This document shows, piece after piece, positions 40,397 to 52,250 of a DNA stretch of 64,000 nt; the stretch's first letter is position 1, and each line of letters starts with the position of its first letter. Position numbers and translations under genes: made by a program. The notes under the pieces were generated by a model, which saw only the letters and a list, made by a program, of their open reading frames with translations, did not search any database and had not been told where the DNA came from. Source of the stretch: Podarcis pityusensis (Eukaryota); NCBI GenBank assembly GCA_964106645.2, contig OZ067043.1. One strand, 5' to 3'.

Positions 40397-43300
40397 GTCT
40401 TGAATCAGCACGTCCAAACTTAATTCTTGGATTAGTAATTTGTCAGAAAACTAAGCGACCTGCAGCTGTACTGGAAACTGAAAAGATGGAAGAAAAGAAA
40501 AGCAGGATTCAATTGCAGGAAGAAACTGAAGTATCTGCGTACCCTAAAGGCAATATGGCTTCTCAGCAAGAGAAAAAACCTGCAAAATTCTCTCTCTATA
40601 CTGGAGAAACAATTGTCAGTACAACACCACCTGGATCTCCTCCACCTCCACCCCCAGAGCCAACTTCTGCGTTAAAAATATTGTCATCAATTAAATCTGG
40701 AAGCTCAGCCACTGTTGCACAATCAAGTGCTTCTGTGTTGGGAATTAACACAGCTACTGCATCTTCTACTGCTTCCTCATCTTCAAAATCAGCCACACCA
40801 CTTGATCACATCCTGCAAACTCTTTTCGGGAAAAAGAAATCTTTTGATCCTGTTTCCAAGGATTCTGAAGGTGCTCAGACTGAAATGCAGACTGTTGGTG
40901 AGGAAGGATTACCAGCAGCTCCCATACTTGATCCCATTGTGCAGCAATTTGGACAAATGTCGAAAGACAAAGCTATAGAAGACGAGGAAGATGACAGGCC
41001 TTATGATCCTGAGGAAGAGTATGCTCCACAGAAAGCTTTTGAAATGCAAAGTTGTGAAAGTGGTCTTGAAAAAAGATGTGAAACTTCAGAGCAAGAAGAT
41101 GAAGCCTATGATCCAGAAGATGAAACTATCTTAGAAGAGGCAAAGGTTACTGTTGATGATTTGCCTAATAAAATGTTTTCGGAATCTAAAAGCCACTCCT
41201 TGACAGCATCATCTTCATTTGTGCCCGATGTATCTGCTCCACCATCTTTGGTAGAGCAACAGAAAATGTTAGAAGAATTAAACAAACAAATAGAAGAACA
41301 GAAAAGACAGCTGGAAGAACAAGAAGAAGCCCTCAGGCAACAACGAGCAGCTGTTGGTGTATCAATGGCTCATTTTTCAGTTTCTGATGCTTTGATGTCA
41401 CCACCTCCAAAATCATCTCTAGCAAAAAATGAGCTATTCCAACATGAAAAACAAACTACTGAAAAATCTGAATTGCCTACATCCACAAGTCAAACTCAAT
41501 TGTTAAATCAGGGAAGTGATCCTAGACAAAGTAGAGATCCCAGACAAGCTAGAAGGATTCTAACAGAGTGTAATGAAAGTGCTGACTCTAATGTAAAGCA
41601 GCATGTTATAGAATCGCCTACAGTACAAATTCCTCCACCCAGCTATGCAGGTCCATTGCAAACTGCACTTGACAAAGCAGATAAAACATTGATTTCTGTC
41701 CCTCATCCTAGTCATAAAGATACATGGGTTACTAGTGAAAAAAGTTCTGTTATGTCTGAACAAGATGTGCCCACTATCAACCCTGAAAATGCCCCACAGG
41801 TTCACCAGGAAACTGTAAATAAACCAGCTTCTATTGAAACATCTACAACTGCACCTGTTCGTAAAGTACTGCTACCCACCCCTGTCAATCCATGTTTCCT
41901 CCCTACTTTCTCTTCACCTAACAGTGTTCAGTCTGTAGCTTGGTCAAATGAATCTCAGGAGAAAAATGTTCCAGGGGTAGCAAGGGATTCTTTCCCAAGC
42001 CCAGTGTTCCCATCTCAGGAGAAAGCTCCTGGTCATTTTGAAACAGAAAGAGGTCTATCACATTATGAAGACCAAAGAAATCCACAGCCTTGCCACTTTT
42101 ATGAACAAATGGAGTCACCCACAATTAAAAATGATGAAGAAAGAGGTGGGCCCCCATTTTCTTCTCTTGGGCACAAAAGCGGTCCTCCATTAATGAGTGG
42201 TGCTCCAGATTTCCATGGACAGAGGGGTCTACCACAACAGTTTACTGAAGGGCATAATCCTCTACCAAATAATGATGGACAAAGAGGGCCTCCACCCAAC
42301 AGGTTTGGAGCCCCAAGAGCACCTATCCCTTCCTTATTTTCTGCACAACATGGACCACCACCACCACATTTTGGTGATAATAGGGGCCCTTCACAATCAT
42401 TTCCTGATGGGCCAAGAGAAATTGCACCTTCTCAATTTGAAGAGCATAGGGAACCTCACATGGAACACAGGGATTCCCAATATGCAGATCCCCAATATCA
42501 TGAGATGAGTGGTGGTCCTGGACAATTTGAAGGACCTGAGCCTCCACAGTTTATGGGAAATAGAGGACCTTCACCCTTTCCTTTCGGGAACCCAAGAAGG
42601 CCTCCACCAAATCAATTTAAAGGTCAAAGAGGAGGCCCGTCACCTCAGTTTGGAGGGCCAAGAGGTCCATCACCTAACCATTTTGGTGGTTCAAGAGGTC
42701 CTCCTCCAAATCAGTTTGAAGGACAAAGAGGACCTGCTCCAAGTCACATGCCAGGACCAAGAGGACTTCTGCCACCACCGTTTGAAGAACGGAGAGGGAG
42801 CCCACCACCCAGGTTTCCAAATCAGAGAGGTCCAGCACCACATCAGTTTGGAGGACCAAGGGGACCTGCACCTGGTCTATTTCCAGAAAAAAATGAACTT
42901 CCCCCAAATAGACATAACTTTCCAGGACAATCTCAGCAAGGTATGAAGCCAAGCCCCAGACCACTCTTGGATCTTCCAAGTCATCCACCTCAGCACAGGA
43001 AAGAGATGTGGGATGAAACTGGACCACCTGCCTCTCATCCTAATACTTCAGGGCAGGGTTCTGAGACAGAAGCACAGTGGTCAGCATCTGATTTTCGAGA
43101 TGGCCGAAGTAATGACTATAGAGCTCAGACTTTTGAAGGGAGACAAAGAGAGAGATTTGAGGGAGGTAATAAGGAAAAAATACTAGAGCAGTCTGATCAG
43201 TCAGATAATCGATCAAATAGAGTAACGGATGATAGACGACGAGATCGTGACCACAACTGGGCTTGGGAAAGGGACCGTGGCAGAAACTGGAATAGGGGGA

Positions 43301-43692
43301 GAGAAAGGGAATGGGAGAGACATAAAGAAAAAGACTGGGATAAAAACAGAGAGAGAAACTATAACAAAGACAGGGATAGAGATTCAGAACGGGGGAAAGA
43401 CTGGGAAAGAACCAGAGAGAGAGCCAGAACCAGAGATGGAGATACTTACCGAAGACGAGACAGATCAAGAAGCAGAGACCGTGATTATGACAGATTCAGG
43501 GACAGAGAACGAGCTCGAAGTAGAGACAGAGAAAGGGATAGAGAAAGAGATAGAGACCGTGACAAAGAGAGAGCAAGAGATCGCAAGGACCGGAGTAAAA
43601 GTAAGGAGTGCGATAAGGACTCTAAGCAAGAAACACAAACTGGTGGCCAAAGGGCACCACATGCAGAAGCTTCTTCTGCTAAGCAGACATAG
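40397..43692 (+). CDS. DIDO1: DIDO1 terminal coding exon (DIDO3-type long isoform): coiled coil, Gly/Pro-rich repeats, RD/RE-rich tail
   Basis: ttacag|GT; GLESARPNLILGLVICQK...SLVEQQKMLEELNKQIEEQKRQLEEQEEALRQQRAAVGVSMAHFSVSDALMSPPPK; stop TAG at 43690-43692. Confidence 0.96.
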
Positions 43693-45540
43693 AAACATAA
43701 TAATTCTTCAATAATGAGCCACATGAGGAAGAAAAACATGACTCTTTATTACTTGTACATATTGTATATTCTGATCGTTACGCATAGTTTGGTAAAACCT
43801 GTTTCACAAATGAGATTTTGGATTGTAAATGCATATATTCATATATTAAGCAGGTACATGCTGGACTTGCTACATTTTGTTCGCCTCCTCCCTCTATAAG
43901 ATATGTAAGGCACAATCCTTTCCCGCATGGGCACAGTGCCTGAGTACTGTTTTCCCCTAGCCTTGGACCATTGCACTGCCTGCTAGACCAGGGGTCTGGG
44001 ACCAGGGGATCCAATATTCCATCCACACAGAAAAACTAATGCCTATAGCATTACAGTTCTAAAATGTTGCTTTTTTCCTACTTACTTTGTCTTTAAATTT
44101 CCATTTACAGAAGTAAAAATGGGAACTCTCTTCAATGAGCACATTGCTTTTTATGGATGTAAAGTTATGTTTTCCACTAACTTGAAATGTAATTTTATGA
44201 AAATTTAAACAATATCTTAGAAGCCATACCATTACATCTTAAATATATAGTATTTTGGTGTTTCAGTACAGTAGTTCCTACATTCAGGAGAGCCCAACAT
44301 TTCTGTCCTGAGCTAATTAGGGCAGGATTTTGTGTATTTAAAGAAAGATTGCTGGGGAGCAGTATTTCTAGCAGCTGGCAGAGTATTTGAATAATAAACA
44401 TTAAGCTTCTAGGTTCATTATCTTCCTTTTTACATGAGGGCATTTTGAGTTAGATTTCAACTAAGACAAAAAAATGCCTGAGTAAGTAACCATATTTCCT
44501 GTTTAGTTTAAGGTTTTTAATGTTGAATTTGTACAAAAAGTGTAATTGATTAAAAATTAATGACACCTCTATACAAAGCAACTAAACTTTTAAAACATAC
44601 TTATTGGAAAACATTTTATAAATTGTTCAAATGACTGACTGAAAAGAGAGTAGTTTGCAGATCTAATCCTTTGTGCAGAATAAATATGGATAATTTAAGC
44701 AGTTTGACTTTTCCAGTGCTTAAAGGAAAATATTTGGACAAGTTGTGTTAAGTACCTTTGAGTCTTACTAATAACAACGGGAGACATTTAAGTATGTAAT
44801 AATTGCCCCATTGAAATATGTGGAGCTTAAAAGTGCTTAAATTAGGCTAGAATACATCCTCAGTCCTGTTATTGCCACACTCATGGCTATCTTGATAACA
44901 TTGGAAAGAAATATTTGTGTAAAAAATGGAGTAGTAAAACTGATACTAACAAATCTGCTTTAAAGAGGAGAGCTTTTCACTGTGAAATAATGCAGTATAC
45001 TATTACTTTTCCTGTATCTTTCAAGTTCATAATTCAAAAGAATGCATGGGGGGAAATCCTACCAGTTTAACTGAATTTATGCACTTATAGTTGAGCAGTT
45101 ACTTTGATATTTTTATAAACATTTTGCAAATGTAAAAATAGATTCGTAACATTGGCATTTTCAGATCTGCATTTCAAGTAGCACTACTCCTATAAATAAA
45201 TCACTACAGATTTACACTTTATATTGGTACATCTTACACTTTAAACATCAAGGACAAACTGATTTAAACAATGACCTGTATGCAAAACTCTTTTGCAAAA
45301 TATTAAAAAGAGAGAGGTAGTGTAGAACATAAATATCTACTATGATGTAATTTTTCTATTCAAAATGTTTCTAACTTAGATATATATGAAAGTATGCAAA
45401 ATCAAGTGTTTGTTTAGGTTTATTTGAAAGGGGTTTCTGTAAATTGTATTTTATATTTCAGAATATATCACTGTACATTAAATGTGGAACTTCATAGGTT
45501 TTGTTACTGTAAGTCAAATAAACATCTAAAGAAAGCCGTT
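43693..45540 (+). other. DIDO1: DIDO1 3' UTR with several AATAAA signals (44393, 44679, 45195, 45517)
   Basis: AT-rich, repeat-poor, TGTA-rich tract ending at AATAAA 45517-45522; the true end is inferred. Confidence 0.6.
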
Positions 45541-46020
45541 GTATCAAAATTTTCATAGGAACTGATGGCAGAATTTGCCACATTAATCCAAATACACTAC
45601 TCTAATGCTTCAGTTTCTTTGGATGGTTGATTCCAGAACAGGGTATCTCTATTTTGAGAAGATGCAAGAGGAATGGGTAGCTGAATTTGCAACCACTAGA
45701 TGAGCTCTTCAGCCAGAGATCACTTAGTAAAACGAGGAATACGTCACTCAAATAGTTTAACAACAACAAAAAAGTATGGTCATTTGGTTGGCTGTTGGCC
45801 AAACAGTCCTGTGACATGATGCTCAGTGCTCCATCTGCATGTCAGTATAGTAGTCATGTCTCTCAGTACTACACTGAACCCAGGTCTTCCCTTGTACTCA
45901 TGCAGCAATTGATGCAACCCCCCGTGCTCTTTATTGGAAAGATAAAGACTGTTACTCTACAAAACTGTAGCCATAAAGTATATTTGAGAATGATCAAGGT
46001 ACTTCAGACACTCACAAAAC

Positions 46021-46239
46021 AAAATAATAATAAATTCCTTCCAGTAGCACCTTAGAGACCAATTAAGTTTGTTATTGGTATGAGCTTTTGTGTGCATGCA
46101 CACTTCTTCAGATGCGCACATGAAAGCTCATACCAATAGCAAACTTAGTTGGTCTTGTAAGGTGCTAATGGAAGGAATTTGTTTGTTTGTTTGTTTGTTT
46201 GTTTGGACTACGGCAGACCAACACGGCTACCTACCTGTA
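46021..46239. mobile_element. Penelope-like element relic (inverted pLTR fragments)
   Basis: ~65-bp inverted arms at 46032-46180, gtagcaccttagagacc and agaccaacacggctacc motifs of squamate PLEs, 11-bp TSD ACTCACAAAAC (46010-46020 / 46240-46250). Confidence 0.75.
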
Positions 46240-47059
46240 ACTCACAAAACTGATACTGTACCAGGAAAGCCTCACCTGGGGGATGGCTGGCATTTGTAAA
46301 CCTATTATTGAAAGAGGGTGTGTGAAATGTACCCCCCCTCATGACCATTGTACTTGTACATTAACAATAACTGAAATTTGGTACACACATGAGCTGTATG
46401 CAGAGCTCCAAGTTTAGGCTGAATTTATGTTGAAGGGGATGGGATTACACCACTCATCCTGTCCCTTGAATGTACATGTTCAGTGCAGAAGCTAAAGCGG
46501 TGTCCTTCCTGTATTACCGGGGTGTGGGTGTGTGTGTGTGTGTGTGTGTGTGTGAAAATGGGGAGTTTACTTTGGTGAGTCAAATCTTGGCACACAAAAA
46601 TCTAGATTCCAGTATTCCAGCACAGTGTAAGCCAAACCCTATGGAATATTGCTCTGAATATCTCAGCACATGGTTAAATTGGGCTGGGAAGTGGAGGAGG
46701 TGCACCACTGCCTGCCAATAATAATGACAGCTTTTAGAGCAAAGTTGGGACACATTGGCATATGATATGGATCTTTGATTACAGAATGCAAGCTAAAAGA
46801 ATTCAATGGTTTCAAGAGACCCTAAAGTCTGCTCAGAACTGCCGCAGTGATAAAGGAGGCTAAATACTTCAAACAATTCGTCCTGTATTTTTACTCCAAA
46901 TCTGAGCACCCTCATTTATGTAGCCAGAACAACAGCTGTGCAAAGAGGCAGAGTATGTAGAATACTGATAGGCTGTTGAGAGGGGGAAATTGAAAATAAG
47001 TGGGAGGGGAAAGGAGATGGGAGTGGCTGGAAAAAACGGCATGGTCAAATACCATAGGT

Positions 47060-47369
47060 CAGGGGTCAGCAAACTTTTTCAGCAGGGGGCCAGTCCACTG
47101 TCCCTCAGACCTTGTGGGGGGCCGGACCATATTTTGGAAAAAAATAAATGAACGAATTCCTATGCCCCACAAATAACCCAGAGATGCATTTTAAATAAAA
47201 GCACACATTCTACTCATGTAAAAACACCAGGCAGGCCCCACAAATAAGCCAGAGGTGCATTTTAAATAAAAGGACATATTCTACTCATGTAAAAACATGC
47301 TGATTCCCAGACCGTCCGCAGGCTGGATTTAGAAGGTGATCCCTCCAGGCCTTAGTTTGCCTACCCATG
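47060..47369. mobile_element. non-autonomous hAT element
   Basis: CAGGGGTCAGCAAACT...AGTTTGCCTACCCATG, perfect 8-bp TSD CCATAGGT, internal direct repeat of ~60 bp. Confidence 0.85.
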
Positions 47370-47628
47370 CCATAGGTACCAACTCCCTGGGTGCCCGAGC
47401 ACCCACAAATTTTGGTGCCAGGGCCATGCACGCCATATGGCACCCATGGTCGCGGGGCCAAGCTGCCACTCCTATAAGATACGTATGTTCTTCTGTGATA
47501 GATTTCAAACATTTTGTTTTCTTGCACAAAAGAGTGATGAAACACAGCTGACTTACAGGAACTAGCTACCTCTTATTTAGTAGAAGGGGAATGCAGGATT
47601 AAAACAGGCAGCAGGGCTGTTTCACATA

Positions 47629-50079
47629 CAGTGGTACCTCGGGTTACATACGCTTCAGGTTACAGACTCCGCTAACCCAGAAATAGTACCTCTGTTTAAG
47701 AACTTAATTCGTTCCGGAGGTCCGTACTTAACCTGAAACTGTTCTTAACCTGAAGCACCACTTTAGCTAATGGGGCCTCCTGCTGCCGCCGTGCCGCCGG
47801 AGCACGATTTCTGTTCTCATCCTGAAGCAAAGTTCTTAACCTGAGATAGAATTTCTGGGTTAGCGGGACTTCCGGGTTAGCGCCATCGGCAATGGCGGAG
47901 TTCCTCTGACCGAGAGGAACCCACTCCGTGAAAATTGGGTCTTGCCGCTGCGGCGAAGGCGGAGACCCTCTAAAAATCCCAGGCGGAGGAAGCCTGGGAA
48001 CGTGGGATTCGGCTGACACCAGGAGCGCCTCCCCTACTCGCAGGGAAACCCTTTTTCGGGGATCCAAAGCGACGTGGGGTGAGTGGCGCGGTGTTTTGAA
48101 TCAACCACTACTTTTACGGAGTGAAGCCACATAGCCGTTCCCGGAGAGCGCTGACTTTTTCCTGTGGACAGTTGGACTCTAAACAAGTACCCATGAGTAG
48201 AACGGAAAATTGGATTAAGAAACATTTTAATTTGGCACTGAAGCGGGAAGGCTCTAAACAGGAAGTCCGCCTCCCGTTTTTGTAAATAAATTGAAGCAAA
48301 AACTTTGTAAGCTAAAGTCTGGAAAGTCGTATATAAAGGTCTAAATTTCCTTCAGTTATTACCACCAAAACCCCTCTTGGAAGCAGGAGAAAAGGGGGGG
48401 GGGGGATTTTTGACTGTTTAAGCCTGCAGGAGAGAGAGTAAAGAAAGATAAATTTCCACCGTCTCAAACCTGGGAACGGGGTGTCAGAGACAGAAATTTA
48501 TGGGGAAGTTCATCGACTGTGAATGGAACATCTTTTGACAGATAGTAAAAAAAGAGAAACAAATTGACTCCAATGTTGCTTCTTGCATTCAAAAGAAACA
48601 AAATATTTGAAAAATGAAAGTAATTTTCTTTTGTGAGTCCTGCTTTCAAAAGATGGATACAAATAGAAATTGTCTCCTCTAGAGGGAGCTTGTTAATTTG
48701 TTGCCGGAGTCGATCTGGGGATTTCACAGCTGTAAGATTAGGATCGTGAGACCAGACTCTGACCTTGAATAAAAATGTGTTTAGAAGAAGTTTTGGTGCT
48801 TGCTTTTTGCAAGACAAGCGCTTTGCTGGAGCAGATGCATGAGAAGATGGATTTGATTACTGTTGCACTTAAAAACTTTGGACAAACGGTGAATACCCAT
48901 ATAGAAACCATTCAGGAACCAGCCCAGGAACTTGTTTTGACAGGGCAAGTGCAAGTGCAGAAGAGAATGGAGGAGGTTGCTGTTGAACCTCAAGTAACAC
49001 AAATGGAGAGATCTGAGGCCTTGCAGGAGCATAAGCCGCTGTTTTTGAAGTTTCAATTTGGAGTGGACCGGGGGGGTCTGGAGTTGTGAGGGCTCTTAAT
49101 TTTGGAAGGACTTTGAAACATGCTTTTAAATACTTTCTGGATTACAGTGTTGACTGTGGGGAATGGGACTGTGGGGAATGGGCCGATCTGCTGAGGGGAG
49201 ATGGAGATGGAAATATTTTTGGATTGGAGTCCTCCCGAGACCTACCCCCCAATGAGAAAGGAAAGAAATTAAGAAAAAGATCAACAAAAGACAAAGTAAA
49301 GTGCAGGTATAAACAAGAAGAAGATCTGCAGAAGGGACATGGAAAAGACTTAAGAGCCTCGGACATAAGATCACCAGGTTGATGGACTAGATGGAATGGA
49401 CAAGAAGGACTGACAAAACCCGAGACCAGGAAGAAGAGACGGATGAAGATTGGAAGAAAGTTTTTAAAAAATTTATTTTGAGAATTAGTGTAAAATTAAC
49501 GAGTATTAGGAAAATTGTTGGAATGAAACTATTTGGCTTTAGTAGAAATGATATAAGGAGTTATGTACAAATAAGTATTAAGTATTAAGTTTTAAGGTGT
49601 TTTTTTTATGGTAAGATAAAGTTAAGTAAATTAAGGTAAATTGAATGACAGAATATAGTGAAAGATGGAAAGGATTTGTTGAGTTAATTAAAAGGTTAGA
49701 TCGTTAAGATAAATTATATAAAAAAATTGAGAAAGATGGAAAGAATTTGCTGAAACAATTAATTAAATTGGAATACAAAAAGGGAGGTGTGAGGAGGTCG
49801 ATGAAACAAGTAAATGAAAGATAAAGATATGGAACATTGGATGTGTGTTTTAATGTTATTATTTTTTTTTTGTTGTTTGTTTGTTGCTGTATTGTTGTAT
49901 TGTTTTTTATGCTTTTCTTTTTATGTATTGTACTGTATGTTTTGTCAATTTTTTGCTGTTTTCTTTTTCTCTTTTCTCTGTAATTCTTAAACTTTTAATA
50001 AATATCATTAAAAAAAAAAAATAGAATTTCTGGGTTAGCGGACTATAACCTGAAGCGTATGTAACCCGAGGTACCACTG
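47629..50079. mobile_element. Tigger-like MITE interrupted by a retroelement
   Basis: TA|CAGTGGTACCTC at 47629, GAGGTACCACTG|TA at 50079; the MITE sequence resumes after the insert. Confidence 0.88.
47867..50020 (+). mobile_element. non-autonomous, internally deleted L1-like non-LTR retroelement
   Basis: 21-bp TSD ATAGAATTTCTGGGTTAGCGG (47846-47866 / 50021-50041); CpG-rich 5' end GACTTCCGG...AATGGCGG; AATAAA 49997 plus poly(A); ORF relics but no RT. Confidence 0.8.
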
Positions 50080-51099
50080 TACATTTATCACTCAGTAAAG
50101 CATTGGGTGGCAAATTTCCTGCCCATGCCATAGGTGCCTGAATTTTCCTGAATGCATCAGGACACTATAGCAGCTGAAATTATGGCAAATACATTTTAAT
50201 AGTGGCAATTCACATATTCACCTGCAAATTGTCAAGTATTGGGTCTTGCGATACTGCAGCAAGCTAGAACTTACCTTTCCACCCAGCCATCACTATAGCA
50301 AGCTTTGGTGGGAAAGTATGGATAGGACTGTTGTCCAAATGGAGTCACCAAGAAACAGCGGAGCTATCCATGTACTTGCAGAAGCCGCAAAAATCCATAA
50401 AATAAAAAATCTTCAAAACAGCCCAGTGAGATAGCCAGCAAAAGAATTTGATGCAGCTGACAGCATTATGTCAGCAATATATTCTATAATACACGGAAGT
50501 CCTGAGAGGAAATTGTTCTTTTATTTTTGCAACGACTGTAAAGTTAGGCTAGGAAAACCTAAGGGGAAAGGTGATTTCTTTTGGAGATAGGTACTTAAGA
50601 GAAAAGAATTTAGCTTAAGGAACATTTCCCCATTGTGGAACAGTTGCCTCTTCCAGAAGTTTGACATTTAAAAGTAACAATTATGTAAATATAAATGGTA
50701 ATGCATATATTTATTTAGAAGCATTTATGCTGTATACCGCTTAATATTTCAAAACTCTCTTAATGAGTTTGAACTGTTCTTGGCTTTTATCCTAGAGATT
50801 CAGGACCAGCCCAAACTAGCAAAACGAAACGAATTTTTTTTTTAATACTCAAAGCAATTAAGCAAAACAAAACTCATATTTAAATGTGTTATGGTTCAGA
50901 GGAGGGTGCAATATGTGATTAAAAAAAAAAGTGTATGTGTAGCCGGACTTTTGCAAATTAGGGAGTTTAATCCCATTTTCTGAACAGATGTGCAAATAAT
51001 TGTGCAGAAGGAAACCAGCCTTTGCAATTGAACGCAATGGCATTCATGATTTTTTTTTTTTTTTAATTTTTCACTGTACTGTATATCCTTCTCGGAAAC

Positions 51100-52250
51100 G
51101 CGGAGGATAATTTATGATTTGATGTGATTTCTATACCGCTTTATGCGGTATTTATTTAATTTTTTTAAAATCTGTTGTGTTGCCCAATGTGGAGCGGGAT
51201 GCTCTGGATCAACGATCCAAGGGGATCTTGCCCTTGGAGAGATGCTGCTTCTCCTGCGCCCAGCATCTCTCCAAGGAGCCCCTTTACCTAGGAGCAAGCC
51301 CCGCAGGATTCAGCGGCGCTTACTTCCGAGTAGGCATGGACTGGCTTGAGCCCCTCATGCTTAAGGGACAGGCCCACCGAAGCCGACGGGGCAAGAAGCT
51401 TCGGCTCCCGAACGCCTCACGTCCCTTGGCTTCCAACGGGCCTACTCGAGAGGAGCAGCAGGACTCGAGTCCGGCCTCCAAGCCCCCCAAATAACGAAAG
51501 TAACAACCGCGACTGGCAGCCTCCACACGTTACCGGGGAGTAAGTACCTCGCAGCCGCTTAAGGAAACGAAACATGGAGGGAATGAGGCGAATGCCGCCT
51601 CCCTATACATTCTTCGCAGGCCCGTGAGGCGCCATATTGTGGCAGAAGCTTTATAACGACGGCGGCGGGGGCGACTTTTGTTGAGGGGTTTAACCCCCCC
51701 GTCCATTACACGCAAGTTTGTGATGGGGCAATTCGCTTCCTAGGGCAGGGAATAACGTGGAGGGATTTTTTTGTTTTGTCGTTTGGGGGTGTGTGTATGG
51801 AGAGCAGAGACCGTGAGGTGCAAGACATGGCAGGCGACATTTGAACCCCCCCATCCCCAAAGGCACTGGCTGAGGGAGCTGGCGCAACCGTTGCTCCCTC
51901 GGCCTCCAACGAGGCGCGGGCGGGGCTTCCCAACGCCCCTCCCCTCGCGGTTTTGGCCGTTGGAGGGGAAGTTTGGGGAGGCGGGGCTTCGGCCCCCTTC
52001 GGGGAGCCCAGGGGCCGTTTGGAGGCGGGCGCGAGGGCTGAGAGGCGGGTGGTGGGCGGGGCCGCCCTCCCGTCGGTTGCTAAGGGGGTGCTTGGTTACC
52101 TGGTTTGGGCCTGCCCTCAGAGGTGGGCAGGTGGGGAGGCTGACGGCATTGGTTACCTGCCTGGAGCTGGCCAGGTTTCCTCCCCAATTCGCATCCCACC
52201 CCCAGAAAGGAGCTTTGATTGCATGCTTCACCTGCCACTGGAGAAGAGGG
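51100..52250 (+). promoter_or_regulatory. TCFL5: CpG island, TCFL5 promoter and probable non-coding first exon(s)
   Basis: Abrupt rise in GC and CpG; GC boxes (GGCGGG) near 51917, 51980 and 52054; YY1-like CGCCATATTG ~51630; donor GA|GTAAGT at 51539/51540. Confidence 0.8.

Noticed and set aside
42197-43739. Several 100-160 aa alternative-frame and antisense ORFs in the DIDO1 last exon
   Set aside because: Expected shadows of a low-complexity coding sequence; no independent signals
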